Source: Candidatus Saccharimonadia bacterium (lineage in GTDB: Bacteria > Patescibacteriota > Saccharimonadia > UBA4664 > JBIOIQ01). Taken from it: DNA of 64,000 bases. The stretch spans positions 280 to 64,279 of the forward strand of contig JBIOIQ010000001.1 of assembly GCA_044449985.1 (NCBI GenBank), given 5' to 3'. Under the pieces are notes generated by a model. The model had not been told where the DNA came from and ran no database searches. It worked only from the letters and a program-made list of their open reading frames with translations. The position numbers were made by a program, and so were the translations under genes. This document shows, piece after piece, positions 19,414 through 28,044 of this stretch. Each line of letters begins with the position of its first letter. Within the stretch, counting starts at the first letter, position 1.

Positions 19414-20619
19414 TTAGACATGTTGTAATGCTGGTCTCAACTGTTTTCTAAAACCTAGCAGTAGTATTACGGCCACCAGAGATACTACAGTACTAAAGAA
19501 GAACGGTGCACTAGGACCAATGTGATCCCAAAGCAACCCAGCAATAAGACTAGCGGGCAGAGCTGCTAGACCGATTATCATATTGTATAGACCGTAAGCC
19601 CTGCCTCTTGCTTCTTGTCCAACTACATCAGCTATCAAAGCTCTGCCTACGCCCTCGTTTGCGGCATAGAAGACGCCATAGAGTGCAAACAAAGGCCAGA
19701 CCTGCCAAGCACTGTGTGCGACAGCAAATCCAAAATAGCTCAGTGCATATACAGCCCAGCCTAAGGTGATTATAGGTATGCGGCCAATCTTGTCGGAAAT
19801 AATACCTGCATGTAACGACAGTGAGCCATAAACTATGTTTAGTACCGCATACGCAAGTGGGATAGCCACAATGCTAAGTCCAAGATTTTGCGAACGGAGT
19901 ATCAAAAAAGCGTCTGACGAGTTAGCGATTGCAAAAATACCTGCAATAGCTGTAAATAAATAAAACGACTTGGCTAGCGTTGCTTTGGCGTTAAAAGTTT
20001 CTGTCTTTAGGTCTCTAGTCTCTTTGACGCCAAACTTCACGATGGCGATGGTAATAAGCAACACCGAAGCCGATAAAATCATTAGCCAGCGGTAGTAGTG
20101 GCTCGGTGCAATGTTATGCCGAGTGAATATGACTATCAAACCGCTTAAGATCAATGGCCCAAGTGCCGACCCAAAGGTGTCCAGCATACGGGCAATACCA
20201 AAACTACGACCTCTGGTTGCCTTATCAGCTGCATTCGCGACCAACACATCCTTTGGTGGGTCTTTAATACCTTTACCGACACCATCCGCAAAGCGTAGAC
20301 CAAATACTGCCAAAGGTACGCTTACGAAAGCTAGTATTCCTCGACCTACCATTGAAAGTGCGTAACCAGCTATTACAATCGGTTTTTGTTTCTTATACTT
20401 ATCCGATAATCGCCCTGCAATAATTTTAAAAACACTAGAAGCCGCCGATACAAGACCCTCTGCTATACCAACCATTGCTCTATCAAAACCAAGTATTTGT
20501 GTCAGGTAAAGTGGCAGAATAGGAATAAAAATATCTTGGCTAATACCACCGAAAAAACTGGCAAACCCAACTGATAAGATGTTACGATGCCCGTTTTTCT
20601 TCTTGGATATTTCACTCAC
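19414..20619 (-). CDS. MFS transporter (start likely GTG 20619)
   Basis: 12-TM pattern, GRLSDKY, RFADGVGKGI, SDKIGR; the longer ORF-track start runs through a terminator and the repeat. Confidence 0.9.
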   Translation of the reverse strand: MSEISKKKNGHRNILSVGFASFFGGISQDIFIPILPLYLTQILGFDRAMVGIAEGLVSAASSVFKIIAGRLSDKYKKQKPIVIAGYALSMVGRGILAFVSVPLAVFGLRFADGVGKGIKDPPKDVLVANAADKATRGRSFGIARMLDTFGSALGPLILSGLIVIFTRHNIAPSHYYRWLMILSASVLLITIAIVKFGVKETRDLKTETFNAKATLAKSFYLFTAIAGIFAIANSSDAFLILRSQNLGLSIVAIPLAYAVLNIVYGSLSLHAGIISDKIGRIPIITLGWAVYALSYFGFAVAHSAWQVWPLFALYGVFYAANEGVGRALIADVVGQEARGRAYGLYNMIIGLAALPASLIAGLLWDHIGPSAPFFFSTVVSLVAVILLLGFRKQLRPALQHV

Positions 20620-20634
20620 ACACTCATAATAACA

Positions 20635-20661
20635 AAAACAGAGGTAAGCTACCCCTGTTTT
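20635..20661 (-). terminator. Hairpin downstream of the att-like copy
   Basis: AAAACAGAGGTA-AGC-TACCCCTGTTTT. Confidence 0.55.
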
Positions 20662-20676
20662 AAGCATAAGCGAGAC

Positions 20677-20711
20677 TGGAGGCGCATAGTTCGCACTGTT
20701 AGAACCAATTT
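20677..20711. repeat. Degenerate tRNA-Lys-3'-end hybrid repeat, copy 2
   Basis: TGGAGGCGCAT-AGTTCGCACTGTTAGAACCAATTT, preceded by TTTAAGCATAAG as at the real tRNA. Confidence 0.65.
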
Positions 20712-20786
20712 GCAAGAAATGCTGGCAGAAGGATATGTTGAGAGCTTTGTAATATAGCCGCTACCCCCATCCCACTTACTATTCTT

Positions 20787-20821
20787 TGGAAGGCCGTATA
20801 TGAGACTGTTGCTGCTAAATT
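20787..20821. repeat. Degenerate tRNA-Lys-3'-end hybrid repeat, copy 1
   Basis: TGGAAGGCCGT-ATATGAGACTGTTGCTGCTAAATT. Confidence 0.6.
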
Positions 20822-20883
20822 ACGTAGAGACAATCCGGTTATTATTAACTTGAATCAGAAATATTACCTTACATATACCAATA

Positions 20884-21657
20884 TCAGTTTGAATAGTAGT
20901 TACTTGTAATGCCCAATGACAATATATAAGGATAGCTTTTTGACGTAGCTCCCTTAAGTATGGTTTGTGCACTTACTAGTAAGTTTCGATTGTAAATATC
21001 GCCTCCATTATCAGGTACTTCAGGTACCTCAAGGATAGATAATTCAGTCGAGTTGGGTAGCGATTTGCCGTCTTGATAATTAATATTAATTGTAGTTCCT
21101 GATTTGTTATTAAATGGCCCCATTCCACCAAAGAAAGGCTGAGGATTGGAGAAATCTGGCCCAATAAAACTATTCTCATCTCCAACAGACTGCGAGTAAT
21201 ATGAGTTAGTAATTGACCAGTTATTATTTTGAAGAGCTGTTTCCAAAATTATCATTGTTTGGCCAAAATCATTTAAACCATAAAACTTTGTAACCAGTAT
21301 TGTGCATTCATAAGTGTAAGAATTGGGAGTTAATGAAAACTCGCCTTTGATATCCTTATAACAAATGTCTGATGAACCCGATGCGTAGGTAGTTAAACCA
21401 GTATCATAATTTATGGTGCTAAATTCATTATTGATAGTATCAAATGCGTTTTTACGGTTCGTACTTACTTTTGGACTGATGGGATTTGGTTGAGGCGGGT
21501 AGTTTTTATACACAAATCTTACTAAGGACATGGCAAGAAATGAGACTAGACAAACCCCAAAAAGTAGCCCTGAAATTACCAGCGGTTTCTTTATGGCTGA
21601 TTTATTTTTGACTGGCTCAACGTACTGGGAGGGCAGTTCTAGTTTTTCATCTTCCAC
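20884..21657 (-). CDS. Single-TM surface-exposed hypothetical protein (start likely GTG 21657)
   Basis: N-terminal TM then Asn/Ser/Thr/Tyr-rich domain with two Cys; AT-rich; the ORF-track start lies inside tRNA-Lys. Confidence 0.7.
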   Translation of the reverse strand: MEDEKLELPSQYVEPVKNKSAIKKPLVISGLLFGVCLVSFLAMSLVRFVYKNYPPQPNPISPKVSTNRKNAFDTINNEFSTINYDTGLTTYASGSSDICYKDIKGEFSLTPNSYTYECTILVTKFYGLNDFGQTMIILETALQNNNWSITNSYYSQSVGDENSFIGPDFSNPQPFFGGMGPFNNKSGTTININYQDGKSLPNSTELSILEVPEVPDNGGDIYNRNLLVSAQTILKGATSKSYPYILSLGITSNYYSN

Positions 21658-21676
21658 GTACTCAACATTAGCACAA

Positions 21677-21696
21677 AAAGACCCTCTCGGGTCTTT
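21677..21696 (-). terminator. tRNA operon terminator
   Basis: AAAGACCC-TCTC-GGGTCTTT with U-run on the minus strand. Confidence 0.7.
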
Positions 21697-21710
21697 AAGC
21701 ATAAGATTTA

Positions 21711-21786
21711 TGGAGGGCCATCCGGGACTCGAACCCGGAACCAATTGCTTAAGAGGCAACTGCTCTGCCAATTGAGCTAATGGCCC
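21711..21786 (-). tRNA. tRNA-Lys(CTT)
   Basis: GGGCCATTAGCTCAATTGGCAGAGCAGTTGCCT-CTT-AAGCAATTGGTTCCGGGTTCGAGTCCCGGATGGCCCTCCA. Confidence 0.95.
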
Positions 21787-21835
21787 GCATTTTACGAAAT
21801 CAACTACTTTGAAAGTATAATTACAAGAAATTTAT

Positions 21836-21911
21836 TGGTGCGCCCTGGGGGATTTGAACCCTCGGCCTTCTGGTTCGAAGCCAGACACTCTATCCGCTGA
21901 GCTAAGGGCGC
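21836..21911 (-). tRNA. tRNA-Arg(TCG)
   Basis: GCGCCCTTAGCTCAGCGGATAGAGTGTCTGGCT-TCG-AACCAGAAGG...GGGCGCACCA. Confidence 0.93.
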
Positions 21912-21982
21912 GTACGCTATTCATACCCGATGGGACTGGGAAATCATAGCATAATTAGTGCATTTTGACTACACTGGTAGAA

Positions 21983-23023
21983 ATGGATTCCCTCATTCAA
22001 CATGACATACTTTTGCAGGATTATTGCACCTTTAGGGTCGGCGGAAGGGCATCCAACTTTGCCCATATTAAATCAAAGGATGATTTAGTTGAAGCGATAG
22101 ATTGGGCCAGGGAACGTAAGCTCCCAATATTTATCCTTGGCGAAGGATCAAATCTCATCTTTAGCGACGGAACTCATAAGTTTCTAATTATCAAGATTGA
22201 AATCCTAGGCTATGAACTTGTGAGTTCAGATGAGGACTACGAGATCATCAAAATCGGCGCCGGCGAACACTGGGACAGTGTAGTTGAACGAGCAGTCAGT
22301 GATGGACTTGCAGGCATTGAAGCAATGAGTCTCATTCCCGGAACAGCCGGTGCCACTCCGATTCAAAACGTGGGCGCTTACGGACAGGAGATAAAAGATA
22401 CGTTGGTTGAACTTGAGGCGTATGACTTGGAAATACAGAAATTTATTATTTTAACGAATGACCAGTGCGAGTTTAGTTATCGAAACAGTATGTTTAAGTC
22501 AAAGCATCGCGGACGCTTCATCATCAGCTCGATAACTCTTAAACTTTCTAAGCTCCCACCTGAACCTCCCACTTATGAATCTTTAAAAAATTATTTGCTC
22601 AAACATCATATTAAAACCCCGGATCTTTTTCAAATCAGGCAAGCAGTTATCGCTGTTCGTTCTTCAAGACTGCCTGACCCAGAAGAATTACCCAACGTTG
22701 GATCATTTTTTTCTAATCCGGTAGTGAGCTTAGCTCAGGCTAATAAACTGGCGAAGCTCTACCCGGACATGCCAACTTTTCCGGCAGATTTGGATCAAGT
22801 AAAATTATCGGCGGGTTGGCTGATTGAGAAGTGTGGACTCAAAGGAAAAACAATCGATCACATTAAAATTTATACAAAAAATGCTCTCGTCTTAACTAAC
22901 CCAAACCACGCGGATTTTACCGATCTTAAACTGGCCACCAAAGAGATTATCAAAATCGTCTCAGAAAAATTTGATATATCGCTGGTCGAAGAACCTGAGA
23001 TAATTGGGCCTGATTATTTCTAA
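21983..23023 (+). CDS. murB: UDP-N-acetylenolpyruvoylglucosamine reductase
   Basis: GEGSNL, IPGTAGATPIQNVGAYG, FSYRNSMFK, NVGSFFSNP. Confidence 0.95.
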   Translation: MDSLIQHDILLQDYCTFRVGGRASNFAHIKSKDDLVEAIDWARERKLPIFILGEGSNLIFSDGTHKFLIIKIEILGYELVSSDEDYEIIKIGAGEHWDSVVERAVSDGLAGIEAMSLIPGTAGATPIQNVGAYGQEIKDTLVELEAYDLEIQKFIILTNDQCEFSYRNSMFKSKHRGRFIISSITLKLSKLPPEPPTYESLKNYLLKHHIKTPDLFQIRQAVIAVRSSRLPDPEELPNVGSFFSNPVVSLAQANKLAKLYPDMPTFPADLDQVKLSAGWLIEKCGLKGKTIDHIKIYTKNALVLTNPNHADFTDLKLATKEIIKIVSEKFDISLVEEPEIIGPDYF

Positions 23024-23057
23024 AACTCAATTAACATCTAGCAGGGGGGTGCAACCC

Positions 23058-23393
23058 TTACGGCTTACTATTTTTCTTAGCTTTTCGCAAAAGTTCATCT
23101 CGAATTGGATAAAGACTTTGGTTCAGCGAGGCCTGCAGGGCGTGCATCGTCTTAATAGTAAGCTGACTGAAATGGATTCGATCTTCGGTTGATTTAATCT
23201 GTGCATTGATGCTCTCTAGTGTCCACTCGGTAACTTCTGGGCTTTTTACATCTGAGGCTTCGATTGGTTTACCAGTCGTAATTTCGATAACTTCAGCCAG
23301 AGGTGGCTCCTGCTTGTGCCCTAGCTCTTGATAGGCCTGACTTTGCGAAAAACTCGGCTCTTCAGAGGACAAGCTGGCTTGCTCCTCACTCAT
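23058..23393 (-). CDS. Hypothetical protein with C-terminal coiled coil
   Basis: 111-aa ORF abutting the glyA stop (TAAATG). Confidence 0.6.
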   Translation of the reverse strand: MSEEQASLSSEEPSFSQSQAYQELGHKQEPPLAEVIEITTGKPIEASDVKSPEVTEWTLESINAQIKSTEDRIHFSQLTIKTMHALQASLNQSLYPIRDELLRKAKKNSKP

Positions 23394-24707
23394 TTAGCTT
23401 CCTCCGACCGACTTGTCACTGGGCAATGGAAATTTTAGACAAAAATCTTTGACTTCTTCACCGATTTTAACCAGCGCGTTTTCATCTTTTTGATTTAGGA
23501 GTGCAGAATGCATCCACTCGGCGATTTGCGGCATATGTTGCTCTTTCATGCCCCTGGTAGTCAGCGCAGGGGTACCTAATCGTATACCACTGGGATCAAA
23601 AGGTTTCCTTGTGTCATCGGGAATGACATTCTTATTGAGCGTTAAATGAATTTTATCAAGAGCCCGTTCGGCTTCTCCTCCACTGATTTCAAAAGACTGC
23701 CAGACATCAGCGAGTATCAAGTGATTATCGGTACCATTAGTCACCAGCTTAAAGCCAAGTTTCATCAAACACTCGGCGAGAGTTTTGGCATTGGAAAGTG
23801 TTTGTTTGGCGTAAGATTTAAACTCTGGGGTAGCGGCTTCTTTGAAAGCAACTCCTTTAGCAAGCACTTGGGCCATGTGAGGACCTCCTTGAATCCCTGG
23901 GAAAAGAGCTCGGTCAACCAGGGTAGGCAAATTCTCAATGGTTTTTTCTGGTGGTACGAGGGGATTACCGACTTTTCCTTTAGTGAGAATTAGTCCCCCT
24001 CTGGGTCCACGCAGAGTTTTGTGAGTGGTTGAGCTAACCACGTCGAATCCAAAATCAAAAGGGTTGGCGAGCTCACCGGCTGCAATTAAGCCGGCGATAT
24101 GGGCCATATCCATCATGGCAATCGCATTTACCTCTTTTGCGATAGCGGCGAACTTCGCGTAATCGAGTTCTCGCGGATAGCTAGAAAATCCGGCTAAGAT
24201 AATTTTCGGTTTATGAGTCAGCGCCAAATCCCGCAGTTCATCGAAATCAATTTCACCGGTCTCAACGTCTTTGATGCCGTAGCGAATAAAGTTAAAGACC
24301 TTGGCTGGTAACGTCCTGGGGTCTCCGTGAGTCAAATGTCCACCATGATTAAGTTTCATCCCCAAAACCGTATCTCCCGGTTCGAGCCAAGCATTATAAA
24401 CTGCTAAATTGGCGGGGGCACCACTTAATGGTTGAACGTTGGCATGATCGGCGCCAAATAATGCTTTCGCACGGTCAATGGCAATTTGCTCGATTTGGTC
24501 GGTATTAACTTGCCCGCCGTAGTAACGTTTACCGGGATAGCCTTCGGAATACTTATTAGTAAATACTGTCCCAAGTGCTTGCAGGACAGCTCGAGAAACA
24601 TAATTTTCGCTAGGGATCAACTCTAGGCCTTCGCGTTGCCTCGTTTCCTCAGCCAGTGTCAGGGTAGCGAGCTGGGGATCTATCTGTTGTAATGCATCTA
24701 ATTCCAA
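23394..24707 (-). CDS. glyA: Serine hydroxymethyltransferase
   Basis: LIPSENY, NKYSEGYPGKRYYGG, STTHKTLRGPRGG. Confidence 0.97.
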   Translation of the reverse strand: MELDALQQIDPQLATLTLAEETRQREGLELIPSENYVSRAVLQALGTVFTNKYSEGYPGKRYYGGQVNTDQIEQIAIDRAKALFGADHANVQPLSGAPANLAVYNAWLEPGDTVLGMKLNHGGHLTHGDPRTLPAKVFNFIRYGIKDVETGEIDFDELRDLALTHKPKIILAGFSSYPRELDYAKFAAIAKEVNAIAMMDMAHIAGLIAAGELANPFDFGFDVVSSTTHKTLRGPRGGLILTKGKVGNPLVPPEKTIENLPTLVDRALFPGIQGGPHMAQVLAKGVAFKEAATPEFKSYAKQTLSNAKTLAECLMKLGFKLVTNGTDNHLILADVWQSFEISGGEAERALDKIHLTLNKNVIPDDTRKPFDPSGIRLGTPALTTRGMKEQHMPQIAEWMHSALLNQKDENALVKIGEEVKDFCLKFPLPSDKSVGGS

Positions 24708-24858
24708 ATCAAATTCTCCAATTTAAGTCAACGATTCTACTTGGAAATTCGATTACAACACGAGCATAATCCGTTATAACTAGATTCTACCCGTTTTATA
24801 ATCCTTACACCAGACTTCTCGGGCTCGACAGACATTTAGAAACGTCTACAATTGTCTG

Positions 24859-25320
24859 GTGGCACACATACATGAACTAATTGATTTAACGGTCAGTTGC
24901 TATGTCGTCTATGACGATAAGGTACTGCTGGCCCATCATAAGAAATATAATAAATGGCTCCAGATCGGTGGACATGTTGAACTCAATCAAAACACGGATG
25001 AAGCGCTCGAAAATGAAATCCGTGAGGAAGCGGGTTTGGAAGTAGAAATTCTGGGGTCAAATCCAAACATCAGCACAGAAACTTTTAAAAGCTTACGAAG
25101 ACCTGAGTCGGTAAATATTCACTATGTCAGTCCGACGCACCAACATTTGGATCTGGTTTATTACGGTCGCGCTAAAACTGCAATTTTTCAGGTTTCGGAC
25201 GAGCATTATGAGCTTCGTTGGTTTAGTTTAAGAGATTTAGATAATCCCGAATTTAATATTCAACCTCAGATAAAATATTATGCCGAGGCAGCGATAGCAA
25301 CTGCAAACTCTGCACTTTAA
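24859..25320 (+). CDS. NUDIX hydrolase
   Basis: GGHVE-x7-NEIREEAGL Nudix box. Confidence 0.85.
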   Translation: MAHIHELIDLTVSCYVVYDDKVLLAHHKKYNKWLQIGGHVELNQNTDEALENEIREEAGLEVEILGSNPNISTETFKSLRRPESVNIHYVSPTHQHLDLVYYGRAKTAIFQVSDEHYELRWFSLRDLDNPEFNIQPQIKYYAEAAIATANSAL

Positions 25321-25384
25321 ACAGGGTGCGAAATATTTAGCGCGCTCATGATACTATGAAAGCATAAGCTTTTAGCCTACATCC

Positions 25385-26845
25385 ATGCTCCTGAAAAAAT
25401 CACGACACATCTCAAAGTCTCCAAAGCTTTTGGTAACTTCAAAAAAGGTCCGTCCAATTGCCCTCGCGACATTAGTTGGAGGACTTGTTATTCTTGGCAT
25501 ATTCTTCATTTTCTTTTCTCACGCCGCATCGTGCACTTTAATGGGAGATGCGAATTGCGATGGTGTTGTTAATATCATCGACTTGAGTATTCTTGCTTCC
25601 AACTGGGGCAATACCACTGCTACTTGGAATATGGGTGATTTTAATGGTGACGGCATAGTAAATATTCTTGATTTATCAATTCTCGCTGCAAATTGGAATC
25701 AAACTAGTACATCAACATACGCGGTTCCAAGTAATATCCCAGCCGATTGTTCGGTTGAAGTTTCAGCTCAGTTAAACGCATGGATTGCAAGCGTGCCGGA
25801 TGGAACGGCCAATGCTCAGACTATGATTGAATTCCCAGCAAATGCTTGTTACTGGGTAGATAATGCCGTAGCCCTTGGTCAAATAGTTGTCAATCAATCC
25901 AACGCCCCTCAGAATGGACGGCACTATCTTTACATTGAGGGAAACAATGCCACACTCAAAGCCAAAAACCTGGCACCGGTCAATACCAAACGTGACGAAC
26001 TGGCTATCATATCCGGTAGCAACATTACCGTTCACAACCTGAACGCTACAGGCGTCAATACAGTCGCGTCGTATACACCCCAGTATGAACACGATGCCAA
26101 CTTCAGTATCACCGGCTCCCATTACGTAACGCTCGATGATGTCCACGGCTCGGATGCTTACGGCGATTGTGTCGATACCGGACCTGCGGAGTTTGTTTGG
26201 CCCGATTCCGAAATGGTGCAGAATTTCACACTCAAGAATTCTTCTTGCAATACTACCGGCCGTATGGGCATTGACTGCACCGGCTGCAACGGCTTTACGG
26301 TTGATCACAATAGTTTCGACAACATTGGCTACCATGCCTTTGACCTGGAAGTAGAAGACGCTACGTGGCAAGCTCATAACGTCTACTTTACTAATAATAC
26401 GATTGGGTATGTGTATCTCTCAGCAGTTTCGGATGCAGGTCAAAGTTATGACCAGCAAAACATTAATATTACAGGCAATAACGAAACGTCAAAAGCGGTC
26501 ACATGCTACCAGCCTGTATATATAGATTGGGGTGGGACGACCGAGAACCGGCCAGGGCCGTATGTTATAACCGGAAATCACTTCAATACCGCAAGCGATG
26601 TCGTGTGGATCAATCATGCCAATAATGTGACCGTCCAGAACAACACTACAACGTACTGGAACGGTGGGTGTGGCCATTCCGGCGTCGAGGCCAGCAGTTC
26701 AGTTGGAGGTAACGTGTCTAACAACGATTTTACTGGGGAAGATACGTCGTATACTAACTTAGATGGGTTGGCCAGCGGTTATACGGTCTGTGACAATAAA
26801 TTAACCCCTGGCGGTGCTTTTGACCAGCCAGCAGTATGTCATTAA
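25385..26845 (+). CDS. Secreted protein: N-terminal dockerin-like duplicated Ca-binding repeat plus parallel beta-helix domain
   Basis: TM/signal ending SHAA; GDANCDGVVNIIDLSILASNW and GDFNGDGIVNILDLSILAANW; Asn-ladder repeats (NVYFTNNTI, NINITGNN). Confidence 0.8.
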   Translation: MLLKKSRHISKSPKLLVTSKKVRPIALATLVGGLVILGIFFIFFSHAASCTLMGDANCDGVVNIIDLSILASNWGNTTATWNMGDFNGDGIVNILDLSILAANWNQTSTSTYAVPSNIPADCSVEVSAQLNAWIASVPDGTANAQTMIEFPANACYWVDNAVALGQIVVNQSNAPQNGRHYLYIEGNNATLKAKNLAPVNTKRDELAIISGSNITVHNLNATGVNTVASYTPQYEHDANFSITGSHYVTLDDVHGSDAYGDCVDTGPAEFVWPDSEMVQNFTLKNSSCNTTGRMGIDCTGCNGFTVDHNSFDNIGYHAFDLEVEDATWQAHNVYFTNNTIGYVYLSAVSDAGQSYDQQNINITGNNETSKAVTCYQPVYIDWGGTTENRPGPYVITGNHFNTASDVVWINHANNVTVQNNTTTYWNGGCGHSGVEASSSVGGNVSNNDFTGEDTSYTNLDGLASGYTVCDNKLTPGGAFDQPAVCH

Positions 26846-26892
26846 TTGTTGAGAGTAGTTCCTTTGGACGGAATTACAAATATATATCAACA

Positions 26893-26968
26893 TGGTGCGC
26901 CCGAAGGGATTCGAACCCCCGACACCTGGCACCGGAAACCAGTGCTCTATCCACTGAGCTACGAGCGC
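26893..26968 (-). tRNA. tRNA-Arg(CCG)
   Basis: GCGCTCGTAGCTCAGTGGATAGAGCACTGGTTT-CCG-GTGCCAGG...GGGCGCACCA. Confidence 0.94.
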
Positions 26969-27019
26969 ACAATAAACCAAAAGCCATAGTGCTGGCGATA
27001 GACCTCTGGCAATTATACT

Positions 27020-27859
27020 CTAGAGTCCGGTTGAAGAATTGGTAGTCGAGTAGTTCGGTATTACGTTTTGATTTTTTTGCACCGAACTTACGGCAGTCAA
27101 GGTGATCAAAGCGATATAGCCGATAATTAATAACGTCCCTAATATAGGTAAGATATAATTTACCCAATGAACCGGTGGCTTCGGCAGATTATTGTCTTTT
27201 AAATTCTTGAGTTGCTCGTACCGGATTCCAAGTGCTGAAGCAGCTACCGGAAAAGAAAGCAGCCCATTTGAACCCAAGATACCGGCGGCAAAGACTGATC
27301 CCCAGATCTCAAAAATATGGCCTTTGACCAGCTCATGGCTTCGTTTCATAGCCGCTGTCGCGCTCAAATTTTCATTTACGATTACGAACGAGGTTAAACT
27401 AAACCAGGCTGCGAAAATAAGCCCAGGAATAACCAATAATATTAAACCTAACATGATTGCAAGAAACGTAAGTATTGTGCCGAGTAGAAGGGATGGGGCT
27501 TTTTTGATACCTTCCTTAATAAAATCACCCGTTTTCTTTGATTGTTTATTGATGCTCGCAGTATAGAGATAGGCAAATGATCCGTAAGTTACCGGAAAGA
27601 CAAAGATCATAAACACTAGTCCTAAAATGCCTGCTAGAATGGCTCCGACCGGACCAAGGACGACAAACAAAAGCTCAAGTAACACCAGTACCACTATCGA
27701 TAACACAATCACGAGACCGATTAATATGGCGGGCAAGGGATTGCTACCCAGTACTTCCGCCAGCCCATGCAAAGTTGCTGAAAACGGGTTAGATATATAC
27801 TCGGAAGTCTGTGGAGTTGATGTTGCGTTTTCTGGTTGAGGAATGGAAGAAGTGTCCAT
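27020..27859 (-). CDS. Polytopic membrane protein
   Basis: LGLILLVIPGLIFAAWFSL...AMKRSHELVKG pattern typical of a widespread uncharacterised membrane family. Confidence 0.75.
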   Translation of the reverse strand: MDTSSIPQPENATSTPQTSEYISNPFSATLHGLAEVLGSNPLPAILIGLVIVLSIVVLVLLELLFVVLGPVGAILAGILGLVFMIFVFPVTYGSFAYLYTASINKQSKKTGDFIKEGIKKAPSLLLGTILTFLAIMLGLILLVIPGLIFAAWFSLTSFVIVNENLSATAAMKRSHELVKGHIFEIWGSVFAAGILGSNGLLSFPVAASALGIRYEQLKNLKDNNLPKPPVHWVNYILPILGTLLIIGYIALITLTAVSSVQKNQNVIPNYSTTNSSTGL

Positions 27860-28044
27860 AAGTTTTTCCTTAAAATTAGCTTAAGTATGGCAAAAATAAG
27901 CCGGTAAAGTCAATCACTTTGCAACCCTTTGATCCAAGCCTTCTAACGTAGTGATAGCTTCACGCTAAGTCTCAAATCCTAGCTCAAAACATCATGTAAA
28001 AAAGGCTATACAACAGCCGAACCACCAACTACAATCTACACGAC

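Noticed and set aside
21658-21771. ORF-track N-terminal extension of the 20884 gene
   Set aside because: It runs through tRNA-Lys and its terminator; GTG 21657 with an upstream -10 box is more plausible
17052-21786. CRISPR array or classical integron attC interpretation of the spaced repeats
   Set aside because: Spacing is gene-sized and irregular; no cas or intI gene and no obvious RYYYAAC...GTTRRRY palindromic attC
24708-24858. Possible ZTP riboswitch upstream of glyA
   Set aside because: No conserved pfl/ZTP motifs visible
25772-26377. 201-aa minus-strand ORF
   Set aside because: Antisense to the beta-helix gene, no recognisable motifs
27950-27964. AGTGA-TAGCT-TCACG upstream of murA as a CRP box
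   Set aside because: Spacer is 5 nt rather than 6
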